Shown: piece after piece, positions 18,224 through 27,150 of the stretch | Layout of the letters: the number at the start of each line of letters is the position of its first letter | Numbering within the stretch: the stretch's first letter is position 1 | Origin: Candidatus Omnitrophota bacterium | Lineage (GTDB): Bacteria; Omnitrophota; Gorgyraeia; Gygaellales; Profunditerraquicolaceae | Direction of reading: 5' to 3' | DNA length: 64,000 bases | Assembly: GCA_041651035.1 (NCBI GenBank) | Contig: JBAZKC010000002.1 | Coordinates: 120,697-184,696 of the forward strand | Notes under the pieces: generated by a model | What the model was told of the DNA's origin: nothing | Seen by the model: the letters and a program-made list of their open reading frames with translations, nothing else | The model's database searches: none | Made by a program: the position numbers and the translations under genes

Positions 18224-19006
18224 ATGAATATTATTGTCTGCATAAAACAGGTTCCAGAGACTACGGAAGTCAGGATCAATCCTGAAACTAATACCTTGAT
18301 CCGTGAAGGGGTTAAATCCATAATCAATCCTTTTGATATGTATGCTATTGAAGAAGCGATAAGGCTTAAGGAAAGGTTTGGAGGCAAAGTTAGCGTTGTC
18401 ACTATGGGGCCTCCTCAGGCTGATAACGCTTTAAGAGAAGCAATTTCTCTTGGAGCGGATGAAGGGTTCCTGGTTTGCGATCGGGCTTTTGCCGGAAGCG
18501 ATACCTGGGCAACCAGTTATACTTTAGCCGGGGCAATTAAAAAAGTAGGAAGCTTTGACCTGATACTCTGCGGAAAACAGGCTTCCGACGGAGATACCGC
18601 CCAGGTTGGGCCGGGAATATCTACGCATTTGGATATACCCCAGGTGACTTACGTAAAGAAAATAGAAGAAGTAAGGGATAATATAATGCGTGTTGAAAGA
18701 ATGATGGAGGAAGGTTTTGAGATCATTGAAACGCCCTTACCGGTATTATTGACGGTTGTTAAAGAAATAAATGAACCGCGCCTGCCTTCGTTAAAAGGAA
18801 TAATGAGATCAAAGAGCGCTAAAATCACCATATTGACCCAGAAAGAGCTGGATCTTGATACGCAGAGCATTGGGCTTTGTGGTTCTCCTACGCAGGTTGT
18901 TAAAATTTTTACTCCTCCTCAGAGAGCAGGCGGCCAGATGCTTACAGGGGAAATCTCTGAGATAGTAACAAAACTAGTAGAGTTAGTCAAAGGCGAGGTC
19001 CACTAA
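18224..19006 (+). CDS. etfB: Electron transfer flavoprotein, beta subunit
   Basis: MNIIVCIKQVPE N-terminus; EtfB fold. Confidence 0.9.
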   Translation: MNIIVCIKQVPETTEVRINPETNTLIREGVKSIINPFDMYAIEEAIRLKERFGGKVSVVTMGPPQADNALREAISLGADEGFLVCDRAFAGSDTWATSYTLAGAIKKVGSFDLILCGKQASDGDTAQVGPGISTHLDIPQVTYVKKIEEVRDNIMRVERMMEEGFEIIETPLPVLLTVVKEINEPRLPSLKGIMRSKSAKITILTQKELDLDTQSIGLCGSPTQVVKIFTPPQRAGGQMLTGEISEIVTKLVELVKGEVH

Positions 19007-19007
19007 T

Positions 19008-20231
19008 ATGCCTATCACTATAATCGTAGAAAAATGCACCGGTTGCGCGCTTTGTATGAAGGCCTGCCCTTTTGATGCCATACGTATGGTGGAGAAAAAA
19101 GGCCTGCCTGCCGGCAGGCAGGCGGTAATAGATTTGAATAAGTGCAATCTCTGCGGCGCATGCCTAGATGCCTGTAAATTCAAGGCGGTTTTACTTGAGA
19201 AAGACGTTAATAAATGCGCTTTACCCGATATTAAAGATCATAAAGGAATTTGGGTTTTTATAGAGCAGAAGAACGGGAAAATCCAGTCGATTTCCTATGA
19301 GCTTTTAGGAAAAGCCCAGGAGCTCTCCCAGAAATTAGGCTGCCAGGTCAGCGGCGTCCTGATCGGTAATAACCTTACCGACCAATTGGATGAAGTCATT
19401 TGGCACGGCGCGGATAATATTTATCTGGTTGAGGCGCCGGAAATCGCTAATTTTCAGGATGAACCCTACACCAATATACTGGTTGAATTGATCAGGAAAT
19501 ACAAGCCTGAGATCTTCTTATGCGGGGCAACTGCCATCGGCCGTTCTTTGATCTCCCGCGTGGCGATTAAGATCAAGGCAGGGCTTACCGCGGATTGCAC
19601 GGGCCTGGATATTGATCCTGCCAGGAAAATACTTTTACAGACCCGCCCCGCGTTCGGCGGAAATATTATGGCTACCATCATCAGCCCGAATTACCGTCCG
19701 CAGATGGCAACAGTGCGCCATAAAGTAATGCAGCCGATGGAGCCTGATAAAAAGAGGAAGGGCAAGATCATCAGAGAAAAATTTGACGCTAAAGTATATT
19801 TCTCGCGCACGAAACTTCTGGATATTGTTGAAGAAGTGGAGTCTTTGGTAAATATTGCCGAAGCGGATATTATTGTTTCCGGCGGCCGAGGTATGGGAGG
19901 CCCTGAAAATTTCAAACTCTTAGAGGATCTGGCGCATGTATTAGGAGCCGCGGTTGGCGCTTCCCGGGCGGCTGTAGATTCCGGCTGGAAGCCTTATTCC
20001 CATCAAGTAGGCCAGACCGGCAGGACAGTCGCTCCTAAAATGTACATTGCCTGCGGTATCTCGGGCCAGATCCAGCACTTAGTCGGTATGCAGTCATCCA
20101 AGATCATCGTGGCTATTAATAAAGACCCCGATGCCCCTATTTTTAAAGTAGCTACCTATGGTATTGTCGGGGATCTTTTTACGGTCATACCGGCCTTAAC
20201 CAAAAAGTTTAAAGAAGTTCTCAGGAAATAA
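19008..20231 (+). CDS. etfA: Electron transfer flavoprotein alpha subunit with an N-terminal 2x[4Fe-4S] ferredoxin domain (CarE/FixB-like)
   Basis: [12 protein letters not shown] and [11 protein letters not shown] cluster motifs, then an EtfA domain with an FAD-binding C-terminus. Confidence 0.85.
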   Translation: MPITIIVEKCTGCALCMKACPFDAIRMVEKKGLPAGRQAVIDLNKCNLCGACLDACKFKAVLLEKDVNKCALPDIKDHKGIWVFIEQKNGKIQSISYELLGKAQELSQKLGCQVSGVLIGNNLTDQLDEVIWHGADNIYLVEAPEIANFQDEPYTNILVELIRKYKPEIFLCGATAIGRSLISRVAIKIKAGLTADCTGLDIDPARKILLQTRPAFGGNIMATIISPNYRPQMATVRHKVMQPMEPDKKRKGKIIREKFDAKVYFSRTKLLDIVEEVESLVNIAEADIIVSGGRGMGGPENFKLLEDLAHVLGAAVGASRAAVDSGWKPYSHQVGQTGRTVAPKMYIACGISGQIQHLVGMQSSKIIVAINKDPDAPIFKVATYGIVGDLFTVIPALTKKFKEVLRK

Positions 20232-20233
20232 TT

Positions 20234-20256
20234 AGCGCTTGAAAGCGCTTTCTTAA
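20234..20256 (+). terminator. Rho-independent terminator after etfA
   Basis: Hairpin agcgct-tgaa-agcgct followed by a T-run. Confidence 0.6.
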
Positions 20257-20338
20257 TAGCAAGATTTACCCTTGAAAGTATAAAGAAAATAAGGCAAAAT
20301 TAAGATAGGGGTTATCCATGTATTAACGGGGGAAAGGT

Positions 20339-20689
20339 ATGTCAAGCATATCCTTTGAAGAAAAAAGGTCGTTTCCCAGATTTCCTATCAAGATCCCATT
20401 AGTATGCCTAGACGAAAATTCTAATAAGGACTTGGAAGCCGCCGAGGTGTTTGATATAAGCGCGCAAGGGATAGGTATAATTACAAATGAAGAGTTATCT
20501 TTGGGTGTACGCCTAAATATAACCTTGAAGATGCCTGATAACGGAGAGCAGGTCTCCCGTAAAGGCAAGGTTATCTGGATAAGAAAGATCCAGCCCGTAA
20601 AATACAGGACAGGCGTCAAATTAGAAGAGCCAAAAATAAAACCGATCCCGCTGGTGCTAAGAATCATAAATTTTCAAAGGAAATATTAA
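20339..20689 (+). CDS. PilZ-domain protein (c-di-GMP binding)
   Basis: RxxxR motif (RSFPR) and DxSxxG motif (DISAQG). Confidence 0.75.
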   Translation: MSSISFEEKRSFPRFPIKIPLVCLDENSNKDLEAAEVFDISAQGIGIITNEELSLGVRLNITLKMPDNGEQVSRKGKVIWIRKIQPVKYRTGVKLEEPKIKPIPLVLRIINFQRKY

Positions 20690-20712
20690 TCTTGCCAGCC
20701 ATTTACCCACTT

Positions 20713-20752
20713 AATCTCGCTAAATGTCTTAAATAGCGAGATTTCTTATTTT
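20713..20752 (+). terminator. Palindrome aatctcgcta-N11-tagcgagatt followed by a T-rich tract; putative terminator
   Basis: Direct reading. Confidence 0.5.
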
Positions 20753-20861
20753 CACATCTTTCAACACTATAACCACCCTTTATGTATATATATGTCAAAG
20801 AATGTTAAAATTCTCCTTGACAAAAAATATTTTTCCGGTATAGTAAATTCAAGCGTTATTT

Positions 20862-21053
20862 ATGATGGAAAGGAAAGCTATGAACGGCGGATTAATGACC
20901 ATAGAAGACCTATCAGATTACCTGAAAGTTACACGCAGGACAATTTATGACTGGGTAAAACACAATAAGATCCCCGCGGTTAAGTTGGTTGGCCAGTGGA
21001 GATTTAAAAAAGATAAGATTGATGCCTGGATTGAGAACAGGTCGCTACATTAA
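20862..21053 (+). CDS. Small HTH_17 (excisionase/MerR-like) DNA-binding protein. The start is possibly the ATG at 20880, which follows SD aaggaaag.
   Basis: MTIEDLSDYLKVTRRTIYDWVKHNKIPAVKLVGQWRFKKDKIDAWI fits the HTH_17 pattern. Confidence 0.65.
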   Translation: MMERKAMNGGLMTIEDLSDYLKVTRRTIYDWVKHNKIPAVKLVGQWRFKKDKIDAWIENRSLH

Positions 21054-21067
21054 AGGGAGAAAAGTAT

Positions 21068-24000
21068 ATGTATTTTAAAAAATTGGAATTAATCGGTTTT
21101 AAATCCTTTTGTGATAAAACGGTTTTACATTTTGAGCCGGGTATTACCGCGGTTGTCGGGCCAAACGGCTGCGGAAAAAGCAATATCTTTGATTCTATAC
21201 GCTGGGTCCTGGGGGAGCAGTCAGCCAAATCCCTGCGCGGTTCAGAAATGCAGGACGTAATTTTTAACGGTACGGATTCAAAAGAAGGAGTAGGATTAGC
21301 TGAAGTCAGCTTGACTTTTGATAATGAAAAAAGGTTTTTTAATATAGATCATCCTGAGGTATCTATAACCAGGAGGCTTTTCCGCTCGGGAGAGAGCGAG
21401 TATCTGTTGAATAAAACCCCCGTGCGCTTAAAGGATATCCTGGACCTGCTTATGGGCACCGGTATCGGGGCGGAAAGTTATTCTATAGTAGCACAGGGTA
21501 AAATTGACATGGTATTAAGCTCCCGGCCTGAAGACAGGCGTTTGGTTTTTGATGAGGCAGCCGGTATTACCAAATACAAATCGCAGAAAAGAGAGACATT
21601 GAGGAGGCTGGAAGAAACCGAGCAGAACCTCTTGCGGGTTAACGACATTATTACGGAAGTAAAACGCCAGATAGGAAGCCTTGAGCGGCAGGCAAATAAG
21701 GCGCGTAAATATAAAGAAGTATTCGAAGAGTTGAAGTCCAGGGAAATAAGTCTATCGGTTTTAGAAAAGCAGGGGCTTTTTAAGCAGAAAGAAGAGATCA
21801 TCAGCCAATTAAAAGAGTTAGAGCTTAATGAGGCCGCTTTATTAAGCGCGATTCGCCAGCAGGAATCCAGTGTGGCGGGGCGCCAGGCAGAACTAAAACA
21901 ACAGGAAGAAAACTCGATAGCCATAAGAAATCAAATATTAAGCCTGGAGAACCTCATAGTAAGGAATAATGAACACGTAAGTTACAATAAAGAGAAGGTT
22001 GTGGAATTAACCCAGAATTTAGAGCATTTAGAAAACCAGATAGGGCAAGTAAGAAACAGGATTATTCTAGACGAAGAGAAACTGGCCCAGGTTAAAGACG
22101 CCTATGGGAACGTAAAGAAAAACATTGAAGCAAAATCGCTAGTGCTCGCGGAAAAAGAGAACCAGATCAATATCCTGGCGTCTTCCATTAAGAATTCGCT
22201 GGAAACCATAGCCAATTCCAAGAAACAGATCATGGATTTCGCTAATAAGATCGCTAACGCTAAGAATGAGATCTCCGATTTTAGCGCCAAAGAACAGATA
22301 TATCTGGCGCGCAAGAAAAGGCTGGAGATAGAAAAGGCAAAGGTTTTTGAAGAGAAATCCGTGACAGAGGAGAGTTTGACCGTTGTTACCCAAGAGGTAG
22401 AGTCTTTAAAGAAGGTAGTAGAAAGTATTAACCTTAAGACCTCCGGCATAAAAAATGATCTGGAGCAAGAAGGGTTAGTCTTAACCAATATCAATGCGGA
22501 TATTCTGGGTGTAGAGAGGCAGAGGCTGGCCCTGGAGTCCCAGAAGGAATTCCTGGAAAAACTAAAGAGTAAATACGAAGATATAGGAGAGGCGCTTAAC
22601 GCGGTTATCTATCTGGATAAGCTGCCTTCTGAGAATATGAGCGGCCTGGTGGTCAAGGTGAGGGACCAGGTCAATTTAAGCGATGAAGATAAGGTTATTT
22701 TAAAACCGGCAAATTTTAAATTGTCAGGAGAAGCCAAGCCCATTGAATTAGATACCCAGAAAATAGATGAAAAGATAAGCCATCTCCAGGATAAACTGGG
22801 AGTCCTAAAGAATGAAAAGGCCGCCAAGGAAGCCCGGGTTGAAGAATTAAATAATGCCATTCTTCTGCTTCAGCAGGATTTACGCAATCAAGAGATCGCG
22901 CTGGCAAATAAAGATACCTCGCGCCTGACTATATTGGAACAGTTTAATAAGATAGAGGAAGAAGAAGATATCATAGTCATGGAACTCCAGGACGTCGGAA
23001 ACGAGATCTCCGTCTTAGAAAAGAATATAGAAGTTTCCCAGTCGCGTTTATCCGAGTTAAATAAAGAGCAGCACCAGATAGAAGGGCTGATCTTACAAGA
23101 AGAAGATAATATATCCGAAAATAGCGGATTAAGGGAAGAGGTGCTGGTGGTCATCACCCAGACAAAGACCGAACTGGAAAATCTTAATAAAAGTATAATT
23201 TCCGACGAGTCTACTCTCAGGATACTCGAAGGTACCTATAAGCAGGACTTAGAGAGCCTGGCGAATATAGAGAAACAGATTTGCGACGGGGGAGCTAAAA
23301 AAGAATCACTCGCGCTGGAGATCGCGGATGCCGAAACAAAGGTCATTCGTTTTAATAAAGAGATAGAAGAGCAGAACAATTTGCTAAAAGAAGCGGAAGC
23401 TAAATACCGCCAGGATACGGAAGGCGCAAGCGGAATGCTTGGTAAAATAGAATCGGACAGGGCAGAACTTGATACCATAAAGAATAAGTTGTATGAATTG
23501 CAGATGCGCGATAAAGATATAGATTATAAGTACAGGAGCATAAAAGACAGGCTGCTGCAGGCTTATAAAATAGATTTGGAGAGCCTGGATAATACCGCTA
23601 CCCCTGAGGATATGAATACGGTTTCGCAGGAAATAGAAAAACTAAAAGAAAAATTAGATTCTTATGGAACGGTAAACCTTGTGGCTATTGAGGAATACGA
23701 CGAATTAAAAAAACGTTATGATTTCCTGGTCCATCAGCAGAACGACCTTTTATCCGCCAAGGAGTCCCTGCACCAGGCGATACTTAAAATAAATCGCACT
23801 ACCAAGCAAATGTTCCTGGAGACCTTTGAGAAAGTGCGCGAGGAGTTCCGTAATTATTTCAGGCTGCTTTTTAACGGCGGGGACGCGCAGGTATTCTTGG
23901 TTGATGAGCAGGATCCTTTGGAGTCGGGGATCGAGATTATCTGCAGGCCTCCGGGTAAGAAATTGCAGAATGTTTTATTGCTTTCCGGTGGAGAAAAATC

Positions 24001-24307
24001 GCTTTCCGCGATAGCGCTTATATTTGCTATTTTTAAGGTGAAGCCGTCGCCATTCTGCATATTAGACGAGATAGACGCGGCCCTTGATGAAGCAAACGTA
24101 ACCAGGTTTTCAGGGATGCTGCAGGAGTTTACTAAAACCTCACAGTTTATAGTGATCACACATAATAAGAAGACAATTATCAACGCGAACGTGATGTATG
24201 GTATTACCATGCAGGAATCAGGCGTGTCTAAGATCGTATCGGTTAAATTTGCCAAGCAGGAAGCCGCGCCCGTGCCTGATCCCGTGCCTGAGCCGGAACC
24301 TGTTTAG
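21068..24307 (+). CDS. smc: Chromosome segregation protein SMC, 1079 aa, apparently lacking a canonical hinge domain
   Basis: Canonical N-terminal head (GPNGCGKSN Walker A, RWVLGEQSAK) and C-terminal head (LSGGEKSLSAIALIFA, ILDEIDAALD). Two ~330-aa coiled-coil arms are joined by a ~55-aa segment. No GRATFLPL or GG-rich hinge motif is seen. Confidence 0.8.
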   Translation: MYFKKLELIGFKSFCDKTVLHFEPGITAVVGPNGCGKSNIFDSIRWVLGEQSAKSLRGSEMQDVIFNGTDSKEGVGLAEVSLTFDNEKRFFNIDHPEVSITRRLFRSGESEYLLNKTPVRLKDILDLLMGTGIGAESYSIVAQGKIDMVLSSRPEDRRLVFDEAAGITKYKSQKRETLRRLEETEQNLLRVNDIITEVKRQIGSLERQANKARKYKEVFEELKSREISLSVLEKQGLFKQKEEIISQLKELELNEAALLSAIRQQESSVAGRQAELKQQEENSIAIRNQILSLENLIVRNNEHVSYNKEKVVELTQNLEHLENQIGQVRNRIILDEEKLAQVKDAYGNVKKNIEAKSLVLAEKENQINILASSIKNSLETIANSKKQIMDFANKIANAKNEISDFSAKEQIYLARKKRLEIEKAKVFEEKSVTEESLTVVTQEVESLKKVVESINLKTSGIKNDLEQEGLVLTNINADILGVERQRLALESQKEFLEKLKSKYEDIGEALNAVIYLDKLPSENMSGLVVKVRDQVNLSDEDKVILKPANFKLSGEAKPIELDTQKIDEKISHLQDKLGVLKNEKAAKEARVEELNNAILLLQQDLRNQEIALANKDTSRLTILEQFNKIEEEEDIIVMELQDVGNEISVLEKNIEVSQSRLSELNKEQHQIEGLILQEEDNISENSGLREEVLVVITQTKTELENLNKSIISDESTLRILEGTYKQDLESLANIEKQICDGGAKKESLALEIADAETKVIRFNKEIEEQNNLLKEAEAKYRQDTEGASGMLGKIESDRAELDTIKNKLYELQMRDKDIDYKYRSIKDRLLQAYKIDLESLDNTATPEDMNTVSQEIEKLKEKLDSYGTVNLVAIEEYDELKKRYDFLVHQQNDLLSAKESLHQAILKINRTTKQMFLETFEKVREEFRNYFRLLFNGGDAQVFLVDEQDPLESGIEIICRPPGKKLQNVLLLSGGEKSLSAIALIFAIFKVKPSPFCILDEIDAALDEANVTRFSGMLQEFTKTSQFIVITHNKKTIINANVMYGITMQESGVSKIVSVKFAKQEAAPVPDPVPEPEPV

Positions 24308-25485
24308 CAACAGGTGCTATTTTTGCCTTTACGTTTCGCCTGATAGAGGGTTTTGTCGGAAGCGGTGATTAATTCGGAAGGACTGTATCCATCACCTGGA
24401 AAACTCGCCAGGCCCAGGCTTGCGGTTAATTTCTTCTGGGGCAGTATTTCTTCATGAGTAAACGCGTGTTTTTCAATATCCGCCCTTAAGCGCTCAGCAA
24501 TTAAAAAAGCCTCTTTCTTATCTGTCACGGGCAGAATAATAGTAAATTCCTCCCCTCCGTAACGGCAGACAAAATCCATTTTTCGCGATTGATTCTTAAG
24601 CAATGTAGCCAGTTCTTTTAATATTTTATCTCCGGCCTGGTGGCCCAGCGTGTCGTTATAGACCTTAAAATCATCGATATCCAGCATGATCAGGCTTAAG
24701 GGGGATCCTGTTATTTTAGACTTTTCCATTTCCGCCTGGAGCAGGTATTGAAAATAGCCGTGATTCCATAGGTCGGTAAGAGGATCCATATGCGCCAGCA
24801 TGACTGTTTTTTCGTAAAGCTGGGAATTTTCTATTGCCAACCCTGCCTGGTTGGAAAGCATAATGAGCATACGCAGGTCATCTTTAGTGATAGGTTTCTT
24901 GGTAATGAAATTATCGGCCGCTATTATGCCTTTTACTTTATCTTTTGCCCGTAATGGCGTTAAAACCATCTCCTCGCTGTTTAGCATCTGCACTATTGAG
25001 GAGTTTTTATAATTTTGTATGGTTTCTTTAGTTAAATGCAGGGGCATTCCTTCCAGTGCCACCAAAGTCAATAAATCTTCATTTTTCTCCTGCAGGGAAA
25101 ATCTTAAGTGCTGGGTTTGCCGGTTAAAACCGGATTCAAATACCTTGTTGGAGAATTTGTAAGCGTTGATCAAATCCTCCAGGTCCATTTTCTCCTGCTC
25201 TATTTGAGTCCAGATACGGTTCGCTTCTTCCCCTGTTTCCGGGCCGATGCCCATTTTACCTTCGATTATGCCGTCTTTCTCGTTAACCAGAAACAACAGC
25301 GCCCGGTTAAAACCCAACGCTGTGTGCGCGGTTACGCCGGTGAGGATAATATAGAGGATCTCATCGAGCTTTAAAGTGGTGCGCATGGCATTGGATATCT
25401 CGTATAGAATGCCCAGCTCGGTTTTTGTCCGTTCAAGATCCTGTTTAAGCGCGGCTATGTTTTCCATAATCATAGACTTTAACAT
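24304..25485 (-). CDS. GAF-GGDEF diguanylate cyclase
   Basis: N-terminal GAF-like domain. RYGGEEF active-site motif. Confidence 0.8.
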   Translation of the reverse strand: MLKSMIMENIAALKQDLERTKTELGILYEISNAMRTTLKLDEILYIILTGVTAHTALGFNRALLFLVNEKDGIIEGKMGIGPETGEEANRIWTQIEQEKMDLEDLINAYKFSNKVFESGFNRQTQHLRFSLQEKNEDLLTLVALEGMPLHLTKETIQNYKNSSIVQMLNSEEMVLTPLRAKDKVKGIIAADNFITKKPITKDDLRMLIMLSNQAGLAIENSQLYEKTVMLAHMDPLTDLWNHGYFQYLLQAEMEKSKITGSPLSLIMLDIDDFKVYNDTLGHQAGDKILKELATLLKNQSRKMDFVCRYGGEEFTIILPVTDKKEAFLIAERLRADIEKHAFTHEEILPQKKLTASLGLASFPGDGYSPSELITASDKTLYQAKRKGKNSTCC

Positions 25486-25606
25486 ATTTTAGCGGCCGTG
25501 TCAAGGCAGGGGGAGATAAAACAGAACCGTTCCCTTATCTTTTGTTAGATTTCCTTTCCGGCTGCGTCTATTAATATAGAAAGGAGGCAAAAGGGGGATT
25601 TTTAGT

Positions 25607-25635
25607 TTGACAGGCACGTATTGCTGGGTTATAAT
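25607..25635 (+). promoter_or_regulatory. Consensus sigma70 promoter for recA: TTGACA-N17-TATAAT
   Basis: Direct reading: ttgacaggcacgtattgctgggttataat. Confidence 0.6.
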
Positions 25636-25666
25636 ATTTTTTCTAAAACAAGTTAAAGGAGGTAAT

Positions 25667-26698
25667 ATGGCTATCGCAGAAAAGAAACCATTAAAGGAAG
25701 AATCCCGTAATATTTCAGACAAGCAAAAAGCCCTGGAATTGGCTCTTTCCCAGATTGAAAAGCAGTTTGGTAAAGGCTCGATCATGAAATTAGGCGGTGA
25801 GGTAAAGGTGAACGTAGAAACAATTCCTACGGGTGCCCTTACTTTGGATATAGCTTTAGGCGTGGGAGGCTTGCCCCGAGGCAGGGTTATTGAGATATTC
25901 GGGCCGGAGGCTTCAGGCAAGACCACTATTTCTTTAACCGCGACAAGGGAGATCCAGAAGAAGGGCGGGGTAGCCGCGTTTATTGACGCGGAACATGCCT
26001 TTGACCCTACTTTTGCTAAAATAATCGGGGTCAATTTAGATGAATTATTGATATCCCAGCCGGATACAGGAGAGCAGGCTTTAGAAATAGCTGAAACATT
26101 AGTGCGCTCAAACGCGGTGGACCTGGTGATAATTGATTCCGTGGCAGCACTTACTCCCCGCGCGGAGATAGAAGGAGAAATGGGGGACTCGCATGTAGGT
26201 TTACAGGCCCGGCTTATGTCTCAAGCATTACGTAAGCTGACTGGAGCAATAAGCAAATCGCGCACCTCGGTTATTTTTATCAACCAGCTCAGGGAGAAAA
26301 TAGGCGTTATGTTCGGTTCTCCTGAAACTACTCCCGGAGGAAGGGCGCTTAAGTTTTACTCATCAGTGAGATTAGACGTAAGAAGGATCGCTACTTTAAA
26401 AGAAGGCGATATTGTCATTGGCAACCATGTAAGGGTAAAAGTGGTAAAGAATAAAGTTGCTCCTCCATTCAGAGAGGCGGAGTTTGATATATTGCATAAA
26501 GAGGGTATCTCTAAGGCAGGCGCGGTTTTGGATGCCGCGGTTAACCTGGGTATTATCGAGAAATCAGGTACATGGCTGTCTTTTCAGAATGAGAAATTGG
26601 GCCAGGGCAGGGATAGTGCTATAAAATCCTTAAAAGAAAAACCCAAATTACAGGAAGAAATAGAAAAAGAGGCCAGGAAGAAGCTTGGGACGAATTAG
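25667..26698 (+). CDS. recA: Recombinase RecA. The ORF track is over-extended; the start is at MAIAEKK after SD aaaggagg.
   Basis: GPEASGKTT Walker A motif and overall RecA sequence. Confidence 0.95.
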   Translation: MAIAEKKPLKEESRNISDKQKALELALSQIEKQFGKGSIMKLGGEVKVNVETIPTGALTLDIALGVGGLPRGRVIEIFGPEASGKTTISLTATREIQKKGGVAAFIDAEHAFDPTFAKIIGVNLDELLISQPDTGEQALEIAETLVRSNAVDLVIIDSVAALTPRAEIEGEMGDSHVGLQARLMSQALRKLTGAISKSRTSVIFINQLREKIGVMFGSPETTPGGRALKFYSSVRLDVRRIATLKEGDIVIGNHVRVKVVKNKVAPPFREAEFDILHKEGISKAGAVLDAAVNLGIIEKSGTWLSFQNEKLGQGRDSAIKSLKEKPKLQEEIEKEARKKLGTN

Positions 26699-27146
26699 CA
26701 AGGGGACGCTTCAGGATGCAAGGGATTACGCGTTTTTGCTGCTTAAGTTCAGGCTGCGCAGTGAAAAAGAACTTTGTGAGCGCCTGAAGAAAAAAGGTTT
26801 TGAGAGCGGCACAATAAGAGAGGTTGCGGGGTCCTTAAAGAGCAAAGGGTTTATTGACGATAGGCTTTTTGCCAAAGCATGGATCAAATCGCGGCTAGGA
26901 AGGTCTTTAGGTTTAAGAAGAATAAGACAAGAGCTAAACTTAAAAGGCATAGATAAAGAGATCACGGATACTTATCTCAACGAAGTAAAGAAGGTTTATT
27001 CCGAGCAGGACGTAGTTAAAAATATCGCCCAAGAGAGGCTTGAGAAATTAAAGGGCGTTGAGCCACGCTGCGCCAGGAGGCGCGTATATGCCTATCTGTT
27101 GCGCCGCGGTTTCTCTCCCGAGATCGTTATTGACGCGTTAAACTAA
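26685..27146 (+). CDS. recX: Regulatory protein RecX (TTG start, overlaps the recA end)
   Basis: Three-repeat helical RecX-like sequence; position downstream of recA. Confidence 0.7.
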   Translation: MGRISKGTLQDARDYAFLLLKFRLRSEKELCERLKKKGFESGTIREVAGSLKSKGFIDDRLFAKAWIKSRLGRSLGLRRIRQELNLKGIDKEITDTYLNEVKKVYSEQDVVKNIAQERLEKLKGVEPRCARRRVYAYLLRRGFSPEIVIDALN

Positions 27147-27150
27147 TATT

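Noticed and set aside
17839-18402. 187-aa minus-strand ORF
   Set aside because: It lies entirely inside the strongly supported acyl-CoA dehydrogenase and etfB coding regions on the opposite strand and has no recognisable motifs. It is a shadow ORF.
25486-25666. LexA/SOS box upstream of recA
   Set aside because: No CTGT-N8-ACAG or CGAAC-N4-GTTCG type dyad was found. Only a consensus sigma70 promoter is visible.
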